Shown here one piece after another: positions 1-10,036 of a stretch of 23,545 bases of DNA (its first letter is position 1; the number at the start of each line of letters is the position of its first letter). The stretch is taken from the NCBI RefSeq assembly GCF_006345805.1, contig NW_021836572.1, forward strand, positions 1 through 23,545, in the 5' to 3' direction. This DNA comes from Octopus sinensis (Eukaryota). The notes beneath the pieces are model-generated. The model was not told the origin of the DNA, ran no database searches, and saw only the letters and a list, made by a program, of their open reading frames with translations. The position numbers and the translations under genes were made by a program.

Positions 1-392
1 GGCGTGACGTCTTCTAAACACGCCCATTGCATTGGACAAATGCAGAGTTGCCAGAAGGAAAATTTCTGTCGTAACCAGTAACACATATTTTATATAATTT
101 TACTGATGTCCAATGAATCCTCATTACCCAACAAAATTTCAGTTTTACCCCACTTGGTAATTTATCCCAGTTCGCCGACCTCTGATCTGGTGGCTATGGC
201 TAATGAGGTCTAGTTGACGAAACCGAAAGGCCTGAAGTCAGATACCTGCCTCGCCCAAGGTTGCATCATCTTTTCCAAGTTCTACTTGGAAGGGAAAGTG
301 AGGTTAGATAGAGAAGTGTTCACCCCCAGTCAATTTGTCATAAAGTGGGTGAATGATTCAACTGAATTTCAAAAAAAAAAAAAAAATTACGA

Positions 393-796
393 GGCGTAGG
401 AGTGGCTGTGTGGTAAGTAGCTTGCTTACGAACCACATGGTTCCGGGTTCAGTCCCACTGCGTGGCATCTTGGGCAAGTGTCTTCTACTATAGACTCGGG
501 TCGACCAAAGCCTTGCGAGTGGATTTGGTAGACGGAAACTGAAAGAAGCTCGTCGTATATATGTAATATATATGTATATGTGTGTGTGTGTATATGTTTG
601 CGTTTGTCCCCCCCAACATCGCTTGACAACCGATGCTGGTGTGATTACGTCCCCGTCACTTAGCGGTTCCGCAAAAGAGACCGATAGAATAATTACTAGA
701 CTTCCAAAGAATAAGTCCTCGGGTCGATTTGCTCGACTAAAGGCGGTGCTCCAGCACGGCCGCAGTCAAATAACTGAAACAAGTAATAGAATAAAA
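393..796 (+). mobile_element. Full-length tRNA-derived octopus SINE (family A)
   Basis: A-box TGGCTGTGTGG and B-box-like GGTTCAGTCCC; CORE-like segment CTTGGGCAAGTGTCTT; internal TA/TG microsatellite; tail GGCGGTGCTCCAGCACGGCCGCAG...CTGAAAC. Further copies occur at 4405-5142, 11650-12475 and 17246-17726. Confidence 0.9.
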
Positions 797-984
797 GAGG
801 TGCATTCCAGAAGTTTTAAGTCTTTTCTTAGAGAGGCAGTTATTACTGTCATAGATTCTTGTAATTTTAGTATATAACCTGCCAACTGTTGTTATTCCAG
901 ATTGAAGGAGACGGCTGTAACAACATTTTGAAAACACCCTACTAAACATTGCTTACAACAGCCGACTACTTTGCAGAATGTAGA

Positions 985-1880
985 CGGACGCGAAGACAAT
1001 TTTGAAGCTCACTATGAAATAAAGGTTTGTATTAAACTTGGCAAAAAACGCAACAAAAACTTATGAAGTGCTCCAGACTGGCCGTGGATTAACTTGTATG
1101 AGCCAAGCATCTTTTTTGCACTGACACAAAAAGTGAGGCAAAGCAAGTCCACCGGGGAGCGTATGATAATCCCACTTTTTGACAGCAAGGGAATAATTTA
1201 CATCCGCAGGGATCCATCTGGCCAGAAGGTCAACAGAGTATTTTGTGGAGGCTTTGAGCGATTTCAGGAAGAGGTCTTTCCGCAAAAGGCCGGAGCACCT
1301 GCCCCAGGACAACGCCTAAGGACAATACACCAGGAAAATACACTAGGACAATATACCAGGACAATGCTCCAGGACGATACATCAGGACAATGCTCCAAGA
1401 CACTGTTCCAGAATAATGCCCCAGGATAATACACCAGGAGAATACATTAGGACAATACACCAGGATAATACACCAGGACAATGCCCCAGGACAACGTCCC
1501 AGGACAACGTCCCAGGACAATACACTTGAACAATGCAACAGGACAATACATCAGGATAATACACAAGGACAATGCTCCAGGACAATACACCAGATCACAA
1601 CTCGATCCTGGTAACCGACAACTTCACAGAGATTGGCACCAGAAGTGTCCCTTTCCCACCCTCCAATTCAGACCTTGCTCCCTGTGACTTTTGGTTGTTC
1701 CCCCAGCTGAAGGAGAACTTCCGGGGCAGTCGTTTTGAAAGCATTGAGAAGATGAAAGAGGCTGTGACAAGAAACCTGGACACTTTCGCTTTGGAGGTCC
1801 GCTATGGGGATTTTACAAAGTGACTGGAGCGCTACAACACGTGCATTGAAGCCACAGGATCCTATTTTAAAAGAGATTAG
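985..1880 (+). pseudogene. Mariner transposase pseudogene (frameshifts, stop codon, internal deletion, minisatellite expansion)
   Basis: Hand translation across frameshifts gives N-terminal YEIKVCIKLGK..TYEVLQT, then QKVRQSKS...FDSKGII, EYFVEALSDFRKR..RKRP, QDN(x22)..HNSILVTD, SDLAPCDFWLFPQLK (the mariner YSPDLAPxDF motif) and ERYNTCIEATGSYF. The first catalytic-D region is missing. There is a TGA stop at 1821-1823. Confidence 0.9.
1305..1590 (+). repeat. 13-bp minisatellite, 22 copies, consensus CAGGACAAT(A/G)C(A/T/C)C
   Basis: Counted by hand: 22 x 13 = 286 bp with no change in unit length. Individual units carry substitutions. Confidence 0.95.
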
Positions 1881-3011
1881 AGTTTTGCATTTCTTTGAAC
1901 GTAATAAATGTCTCTCTTGAAAAGGTCAGGAAACATCTAGAATGTACCTTGTAAATTCTCATCTATACAAAGTCATGGCGAGCCGTCAAATTGACTTTCT
2001 ACGTCACACTCTTCATAGAAATGATTGAAGCTTACTTTTACACTCAGTACTTTCTGGTATAAGTACTCGGAGTATAAGTTTTACGCTATGGATCAGCAGC
2101 TTCTCTTAACTGCTTTACAAAACCAACATTTAGGTCTACCATATTAATTGTATTATCAGTCATATCCAAAACTATTTTTGACAAATCTATTTGTTTTTCA
2201 CAAAACGTTTTAACAACCCAGTCACGTATTCTTTTTCTTGGTGTGTTTTAAGGCAACTTCTTTGATTGAACTCTGCAAGAATAGAATTTGCGTGAAAATA
2301 TCGTGCAATAATTGCTAATCGAGCTGGTGATGTAATATCAACGGATTCAACCAGAAAAATAATAACAATAAAAAAAAAAGACGCAGGCCATATTCAATGT
2401 TAGTATTCCAATTTCGTAATCTTGTCTTTAACACTATTTCTGCTAATCACTAACTCATTTATATGCTTATGATGGCATCCTTATTCATTTTCCTTGATTA
2501 ACGATTGTGTGTGAAATACAAATCTCGCAGCTATTAAATGCATAGCTTCTTACTTCTAATAATTGGAATAAGTTCTGTCTTCGGAAGCGTTCTCGTTTTA
2601 TCCGTTGCGATATTGTCCTTTAGGGGTTTTTTGTAGTTTCTTTTTAGGCGAGACTGGTGCTTAACGTCAAAAGACATTTTTACATTCCAAATTCTATATA
2701 AAACTCGTTCTTTGCACAAATTCATTTGGTCACTTTTTAGCAATGTGTCTACGCTGATCAGTTCGCCGATCTTGAAGATTTCGTCTAGTTCCTTTTTGTG
2801 AGAATTTAGATTTTTTCCTTTTTTTTTTAATCAGCAGTCGATACCATTGTGCCTTCGACTTATATCAACGGAAGCCGGATCATGAGTCCGAATCTTGACC
2901 TGATTTCTATGGCTTCACTTCCTTTCTACAACTGAGATCACAATACTGTCTCCACTGAAAGCGACGGCGGCCCGTCGCACGGTTAACTTCTCAGCTGAGG
3001 GGGCTGCAGCT

Positions 3012-3072
3012 ACGCACAAGAACACAATGCATCGCCTGCTCCGGGAATCGAAACCACGACCTTACTATCTCG
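3012..3072 (-). mobile_element. SINE head fragment (same family as 13662-13907)
   Basis: + strand CAAGAACACAATGCATCGCC...GGAATCGAAACCACGAC matches 13806-13860. B-box GGTTTCGATTCC lies on the minus strand. Confidence 0.6.
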
Positions 3073-3194
3073 AGAGCAATCGTTGATAGGACATTGGTGT
3101 TGCCTTAGCAGAGGGATAGAAGAATTAGGGAGGGACGGACGGACGGGACATACGTCTATCTTCTCTAAGGCTACTAATTTCGTTGTCAGACTGG

Positions 3195-3292
3195 GGCTGT
3201 TGTAGGGAGACACTTGGCCAAGATGATACACACGCGCGGTTAACTGAATTGGAAACTGTGCTGTTGCAAAACGAAGTTCTCGCAGTGCATTG
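3195..3292 (-). mobile_element. Highly degraded family A SINE fragment
   Basis: GAGACACTTGGCCAAG...GAAACTGTGCTGTTGCAAAACGAAGTTCT resembles the reverse complement of the family A head. Confidence 0.45.
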
Positions 3293-3409
3293 TTTAAGTG
3301 CCATCCTTGGTCCTAACATTCTTTCGTGTTGGGTGACTAAGTCCTTCCCGCTGGCACATTGATTCAAAAGCGGGGAGAGAAACATTGTCAAATATCTGCT
3401 TCTGTTATC

Positions 3410-3411
<2 letters not shown>

Positions 3412-3449
<38 letters not shown>

Positions 3450-3524
3450 GCGTTGATGCTGTAACTGTTGTAACTCAATTCTGTCATAGTCACCTTCCAA
3501 CAGACAGAAACACTCAATTGCACA

Positions 3525-3562
<38 letters not shown>

Positions 3563-4030
3563 TACACACGCTCGCATTCACAAACACTTCTCTTTTTACT
3601 CTCTCCCCCCTTCTCGCTGTTTCTCAAACCTAATCTCTCTCTCTCTCTCTCTCCTCTCCATCCTCTCTCTTTCTCTCTTTGTCCCTCCTTCTCCTTCCCC
3701 CTCATATCTCGCTTTCCCTCTTCTTATCTCTCCCCTTTCCGCTCTCTCTCTCTCTCTCTCACTCCTCTTTCTCTCACTGATTATCTCTCTTCCTCACATC
3801 TTCTTTTCGCTTTCTGTCCTTCTCTCTTCACCTCTGTCTCCCTTCTCACTCATTCCCATTTTTCTCCCTCTCTCCCCTCTTTCTCACTCACTCACACACA
3901 CACACACACACCACACACACCACACACTTCCTCTCTCTCTCTCTCTCTCTCTTCCTTTCTTCCTCCCCACCCGTCTCTCCTTCATCCTCTCCATCTCCAT
4001 TATCCGACTGACTCATTCCTTCTCTCCATT
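3412..4030. repeat. Compound simple repeats: (TGC)n at 3412-3446, then (CA)n and long CT-rich tracts
   Basis: Directly visible. These tracts produce the poly-A, poly-Q, poly-S and SLSL ORFs. Confidence 0.95.
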
Positions 4031-4404
4031 AATCTACCGCATTTCACACTTACACTGGCGTCCCGCCTACTTCCCGGCCGAGCGACCTACCTCGATTAGG
4101 GGTGGTCGGCTTACGTGTCAAGGGTCCATCAACAAGTACCCGGGAAATAGAAATGGAAGGAAGACAGGAAGGAAGGGAGAAAAGGCAGGATGTAAAGGAG
4201 GAGCAGGTCACCTAATGAGAGTCAACTGTACTCTTCGATTTAAGGTCAGTGGTCACAAAACATGACAATACCGAAAATGCTAGGTTGTTGAGGATTTGGG
4301 GCTGGTGATGGCGGTGGTAGTGGAGTTGAGGGTGGCTGTTCTTGTTGTTGGTTTTTAGCCCTAGGTCGTGCTTGATCGAGCAGACCTATTTTCATTTAAT
4401 TTCT

Positions 4405-5142
4405 ATTATGCTTTTATCTGTTCCAGTTCTTGGACTGCAGCCAATCTGAGATGCAGAAGAATTTGAAGAATTTGAAGAATTTTTAGTCGAACGAGTCATC
4501 CCCACTATTTAAAAAAAAAATATTTTTTCGAATCTATGAAGTTAATCTATTGGTCTGTTGTGCCGAAGCGCTAAGTTACGGGGACGTAAACCAACCAACT
4601 CTAGTGGTACGGAACAAGCACATAAAACGAAGAATCGCATACACACACACATAGACACGTACACACACACTCACACCTAGACACACTATACAAATACGCG
4701 CACGCACTCTCACACACAGACACATACACACATACACACAACACACACACACCCACGCGTGCGCACTCACTCAAAAATGCGCGCACGAACACTCATGCAC
4801 ACATGCGCACACACAGACACACAGACACAAACACACACACGCACACACACACAACACACACATACACACATACGAGCGCGCACACAGACACACATAGACA
4901 CACACAGATATATATATACACGCGCACTCACACACACAGACAGATACACACACACAGACAGATACACACACACAGACAAATACACACACACGACGGTTTT
5001 CCATGCAGGTTTCGTCTACCACGTTCATTCGCGTGGAATTAGTCGGCCCGGAGCTATAGTTGAAGACACCTGTTCAATGTGCTGCGCTGTGGGATTGAAC
5101 CTTGAACCACGTAGTTGGGAAGTGAAATTCTTTATCACAGTG
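4405..5142 (-). mobile_element. Diverged family A SINE with an expanded ~350-bp internal CA-rich microsatellite
   Basis: GTCGGCCCGGAGCTATAGTTGAAGACAC (5042-5069) and GCTAAGTTACGGGGACGTAAAC (4570-4591) are reverse complements of family A segments. The microsatellite spans 4638-4991. Confidence 0.8.
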
Positions 5143-5363
5143 GCTGTTTTTCCTTTTGCTTTTCCAATTTTTTTCGTTTATTCTTGATCTTGTTCTCTGG
5201 TCGCCATCTTTTATATGCCGTAGAAGGCTCTCTCTGATGGTAATCCCCCCTCCTCACATGACGCACTTTAATACTAGCATCTGGTCCTGAGGTGTCTTTA
5301 ACTGATTGCACGGATGTTTTTCCTCATCTCATTATTATTATCATCATTATTATTATCATTATT

Positions 5364-5909
5364 GAGTGAGAGAGCAGTTCCTGCCATCAAAGTGACACTG
5401 GGAAACAAATATACGAAGCCCAGTATACCCATCATGACTACCCGTCTGATAAGGGTACACCAGACTCATGCATCACAACCATATGTGCGCGACATGGTGA
5501 TCTCATATCAAGATAAACAGCGCATGACCTTGCAGGTGGAGCCCAGTTAGAATTTTCTTAGGGTCGAGTAGCCCATCCCCTCAAAAGGTCCCTGAATAAG
5601 GATTGTTTAAGGAAGTTGAACGAACCACCCATGTTTTCAAAGGTGAATTATCCAAACCTCCAAGAATTCCTTTCAACACACGGATCTCCCACTACTTCTG
5701 CTCGTGATCAGAGATGCGCATATCGTCAGCTACTAAGGGACATGGTCAACTGGTTAAGGTCAAACAACTGACGAGCAAATCTGTGGTATTGAGCAGAATA
5801 TTTGGTGTAACCCATCTTTTATGCCAAGACAAAACAATGTACATGATAACATTTCCAACCAGTTAAGATCAGAAGCCATGAGAGCCACTGCCTGGTACTG
5901 CATCTGGGC

Positions 5910-5911
<2 letters not shown>
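5364..5911 (-). mobile_element. ~550-bp non-coding interspersed repeat embedded in (AAT)n; possible 3' part or non-autonomous derivative of an R4/Dong-like LINE
   Basis: ATT-type triplet tracts flank it on both sides. I recall the sequence as an abundant octopus repeat. The clade assignment is inferred only from the TAA-repeat target habit of Dong, and strand is inferred. Confidence 0.5.
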
Positions 5912-5912
<1 letters not shown>

Positions 5913-5980
<68 letters not shown>

Positions 5981-5993
5981 GTTGTTGTTGTTG

Positions 5994-6025
<32 letters not shown>
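5913..6025. repeat. Compound (ATT)n(GTT)n(ATT)n microsatellite
   Basis: Directly visible. Confidence 0.95.
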
Positions 6026-6029
<4 letters not shown>

Positions 6030-6092
6030 TCATTTCCTGGAATCGAACTCGGAATCTTGGGGTTAGTAGCCCGCGCTCTACACCATATGCCT
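6026..6092 (-). mobile_element. Short tRNA-derived SINE head followed by an (AAT)n tail
   Basis: Minus strand reads GGCATATGGTGTAGAGCGCGGGCTACTAACCCCAAGATTCCGAGTTCGATTCCAGG, with a clear B-box GAGTTCGATTCC and a partly deleted A-box. Confidence 0.7.
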
Positions 6093-6559
6093 GTGGGTCC
6101 CTCGCACCAGCACTGTCTGCATACTCCGATGATCCCTCCCTACCTGCACCGCTAAATATCCGTTAGATGTAAATAATACACATAATTCCTCATCTCTCAA
6201 ACATAGAACTGCATGATTTCATCTTGTCGCAAACATTTGGACCATATTTCTTTCCTGGGGTTCCCTCGCACCAGTACTGTCTGTACATTCCGATGATCCC
6301 TACCCACCTGCACCGCTAAAGAAAATCCGAGCATGTTGGCCAATTCTTCTGCCTCTTCTCAAACATTGGAGGATTTCTTTCCAATCTAGATCACACCCAC
6401 CACAAATCATGCACTCTCCTCCGTTCTAAGACTCCTACCAAAAATCCACCTCGACTGTCCAAGACACACTCCCTACTTGAACTTTACTACAAAAAGTGGT
6501 GTCTACAACATAGGTAGACTCCAGTCACCCCATCATTTGGATCTTTGCAATAATGACAT

Positions 6560-7030
6560 CCACTTACTCGAGCTCAAAGTCTCTCCATTTCCTTCTTTCA
6601 CAAATACCCTTACTCTCTTTATCGCTCTCCGTATCACCAGTAATTCTCCTCCCGCATCGAGAACATCCATCTCATCTCTCGTCCCCATCAGAAATCATTA
6701 TCCTCGGCGTCTTCGACACACTTATAATTCCTCAAGGCCTTCATACTCATCTCACAGCGATGCTGCCGGTGTAGAAGCCGAATACGTTGCTAGTCTCGAC
6801 TTTTTACTCCATGTTTGTTTCATAACCTCCTTTTCGTATTTCACACATTCAGCTCGAAGACTGTTGCTCTCTTTCGCGCCTCAAAGCCTGAACTCTATCA
6901 AATTGCAACTGTCTCTGTATCTATCGGGTCACCTTATCACTTCCTTATCGCAACTACCCAACACATCCCACATTGCTTTTGGGTCCTGTGGAACTTAATG
7001 TCAGCCATCGGTGCGGACTGTCATCCGTTT
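6560..7030 (+). pseudogene. Heavily degraded LINE APE-endonuclease fragment(s)
   Basis: SPSEIIILGVFDT resembles the ..EIIILGDFN.. motif, followed by SSHSDAAGVEAE. A second segment reads LCIYR(SP) and CG-(D)-N-like at ~6915-7005. Multiple frameshifts are present. Confidence 0.45.
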
Positions 7031-7470
7031 TATGCCAATTATCTATAGAAGCCCACCTAATTCAATCCTAACCAATTGGAAACAGCACGGCGAATGACTG
7101 AAATCCTCATTTTAGGTATGACCTTCTTCACCCGCAACAAAGCCTTAAGTCCCAAGTCTTCCAAGAAGTTTGCTCATAACTATGCTGCCGATGCTCAGGC
7201 AAAAAACGAGCTCAGCAACGGTGCGCTCGAAGGGGTTCCCTCTCACACCTGTTCAATATGTTAGAAATAGCATGTTAAGCAGGTGTGAGAGAGAAATTTA
7301 TACGCTGGAAATGGCATGTAGTATCCATTACAACCAGTCTTACTAAAGGTTTCTATGATTCTGTATAAAATCATAGAAACATTACAAGCATTATTACCAA
7401 TGGGTTTCACACTAGGTATTCACACCGGATATTAGCTTACAGCACTGTTCTCTGATGAGCGCGTTATATT

Positions 7471-7880
7471 TATTTCTTTATTGCCCACAGGTGGCTAAAC
7501 ATAGAGGGGACAAACAAGGACAGACAAAGGGATTAAGTCGATTGCATCTACCCCAGTGCGTAACTGGTACTTATTTAATCGATCCTGAAAGGATGAAAGG
7601 CAACACCGAACCCTGTCGAATTTGAACTCAGAACATAGTAGAAATACCTATTTCTTATTTACCCACAAGGGACTAAACACAGAGGGGACAAACAAGGACA
7701 GACATAGGTATTAAGTCGCTTACATCGACCCCAGTGCGTAACTGGTACTTAATTTATCGACCCCGAAAGGATGAAAGGCAAAGTCGACCTCAGCGGAATT
7801 TGAACTCACAACGTAACGCAGACGAAATACCGCTAAGCTTTTGCCCTGCGTGCCAACGATTCTGCCAGCTCGCCCTTACG
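7471..7880 (-). mobile_element. Dimeric tRNA-derived SINE (family B): full unit 7649-7878 plus 5'-truncated unit 7471-7648, inside one 21-bp TSD
   Basis: Head has A-box TGGCAGAATCG and B-box GAGTTCAAATTCC. The central GCCTTTCATCCTTTCGGGGTCGATAAATTAAGTACCAG resembles the Meta-type SINE domain (from memory). TSD is CTCTGAT(G/A)AGCGCGTTATATT at 7450-7470 and 7881-7901. Confidence 0.88.
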
Positions 7881-8209
7881 CTCTGATAAGCGCGTTATAT
7901 TACTTAAACATGATGTTTTCTAACATCCAGTTTCAATACCCAAGGCGAAACCGATTAGTAAGATAGGCTGTAATGCTTCCATAGTACGGTTTACTTAGAT
8001 TAACATGTGTATACTTTGATTAATGATCCTTTATTTGTTGGGTTTTAGAGGAAGACGTGACACTCATGGGTTCTGTAGGCCATCCGACCTCGCGAATGTA
8101 CTATTCTATGTAGCGTCGTGTATTGCATAAATAACCAGTTGGGTGGGTGTGTTCACCCCACACAGGTGCGCGTCTGTACAGGCACACCCACTCAGATATA
8201 TAAGGAATG

Positions 8210-9070
8210 AGAAAGAGGGAGAGAGAGAGAGAGGGAGAAATAGAGAGGGGGAGAGAGATAGGAGAAGAAGAGAGAGAAATGTTGCCAGCTATACGCAACC
8301 ATAACCAAGTAACAGATTAGGCTCTTACAAAGTCTGTCCCACTCTTTCTCTCCTTTTTTCTCTCTCCCCACCTGACTTAGAGCCTCTCTGCTTCTGTCTA
8401 TCTGTATGTCTGTCTCTCTCTTTCTTTCTCCTTTTCCTTTTCTCTTTTTCTTTAAACACACTTGCATTCAGAATAGAATCTATGAATATGAATATATAGA
8501 GTCATACATACATATATACATATATACATACTAACATACATACATACATACATACATACATACATACATACATACATACACACACATACACACACACATA
8601 CACACACATATATAACTACAGTAAGACGTATCAATTGGGTGTTGTCATGGTAACTGATATCAAAAGTAATGATTAAAGAGATATCTCACAGAGACCAGAA
8701 AAATTAATACCTGGAGACAGTAAGATCAACACCTATCTTTCCCGCTTTCTCTCCCTCACGCACGTGCAACTACACATACGCCTCATGCCTACATGCATAT
8801 ATGCATACATGCACACTCACGCATACTTATTTACATACATACATACATACACACACACACACCTATATATATATATATATATCCATACATATATATATGT
8901 ACATACATACATACACAAATATATATTTATATTACATATATAATTTATAGAAATGAAAAACTTGATACGTATAAAAATATTTCAACATACATACAATTTT
9001 GATACACACATATACATACATAGATACATACATACACACACATATGTATATACATATATATATATATATA

Positions 9071-9153
<83 letters not shown>

Positions 9154-9658
9154 TATATACATGCATATATATGCATATATACATACACACATTTACACGC
9201 ATAACACACACACAGGTATATAATTATATATATGTTCATGTGCATTGTATACTTGTTTCCTGAGTATACCTCGTTTTGAAAGATGCATAGAATTTTAGCC
9301 TCGTTGTGAAAATTAAGCCAAAAGTGATGGCATCTCCAGGTATTTTGATTTAATCTCTCCATTGATAGCAAACGGATGGAATCTATCCGGGATATTAAAA
9401 TTGTACATTTATTTTTTAAAATGAATGCCATACATGTGTAATTATCCTAAAATGCTTGGTGTGGCTGTATGAATTGTGTTCACAATATATATATATATAT
9501 ATGTATGTATGTATATATATACACGCCCACACACACACATATGCACGCATATATACATACATATACATCTGTCTATCTGTCTATCTATCTATCTATTTAT
9601 CTGTCTGTCCGTCCGTGTATATATTATATATATATATATAATGGTGTCTGTGTGTGAG

Positions 9659-9691
<33 letters not shown>

Positions 9692-9728
9692 TATATGTAT
9701 GATGGTGTCTGTGTGTGAGTATATATAT

Positions 9729-9779
<51 letters not shown>

Positions 9780-9780
9780 C
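8210..9780. repeat. Microsatellite-rich block: (GA)n, (TACA)n, (TA)n and (TCTA)n with short unique spacers
   Basis: Directly visible. Confidence 0.9.
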
Positions 9781-9954
9781 CTATGTCAGCCTCGACGCAA
9801 TGGTGAGTCAACAGCAAAAAATAAGATGGAATAGAAAATAAAAGCAAAGGATGAAGTTAGTTAGAGTGTGATTTAAAGTTAAACGGAGTATGAGAAGGGA
9901 AGGAGGGAAGGAGAAAAAGAAGGAATGAAAGAGGAAAGAGGAAGGAAAGAGCAA

Positions 9955-10036
9955 AGAAAGACGGGTCATTCGTGGCTTTCTTTCCTCAGTCAAGTTCCAG
10001 ACGTCACGACCATTTCGGGCAGTTACACTTGAGATG
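9955..10036 (-). repeat. Dispersed repeat copy 1 (Penelope-terminus-like, with hammerhead-like motif)
   Basis: Reverse complement aligns with 20703-20790 and 16456-16520: TCTGGAACTTGACTGAGGA...CGAATGACCCGTC. Confidence 0.55.

Larger units (their letters stand above)
388..1953 (+). mobile_element. Internally deleted, non-autonomous mariner (Tc1/mariner DD34D-type) DNA transposon, with a nested SINE and an internal minisatellite
   Basis: Degenerate TIRs: left TACGAG(G) at 388-394 continues after the SINE as GAGGTGCATTCCAGAAGTTTTAAGTCTTTTCTTAGAGAGGCA (797-838). The reverse complement of the right end (to 1953) is TACAAGGTACATTCTAGATGTTTCCTGACCTTTTCAAGAGAGACA. TA dinucleotides lie at both ends. 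Transposase remnants lie inside. Confidence 0.85.

Noticed and set aside
1-45. Promoter-like motifs (TGACGTC, ATTGG)
   Set aside because: Short motifs at the window edge with no downstream gene evidence.
1305-1590. CRISPR-like regular array
   Set aside because: Units are contiguous 13-mers with no unique spacers, in a eukaryotic transposon context.
2534-2830. Open minus-strand frame (...KELDEIFKIGELISVDTLLK...)
   Set aside because: No Met start, weak splice signals and no recognisable homology; chance in AT-rich DNA or an unrecognised TE relic.
4075-4125. HDV-like fold at GGCCGAG...CCTCG...TCGGCT
   Set aside because: Helix order is incompatible with the nested double pseudoknot; a simple hairpin explains the pairing.
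6095-6320. HDV-like ribozyme (GGT-TCCCTCGC-ACC resembles P3/L3)
   Set aside because: No upstream P1 strand pairs with the downstream segment, and the GG needed for P1.1 is absent.
7452-7459. CTGATGAG hammerhead core in the TSD
   Set aside because: The reconstructed empty site has no stem II and no GAAA.
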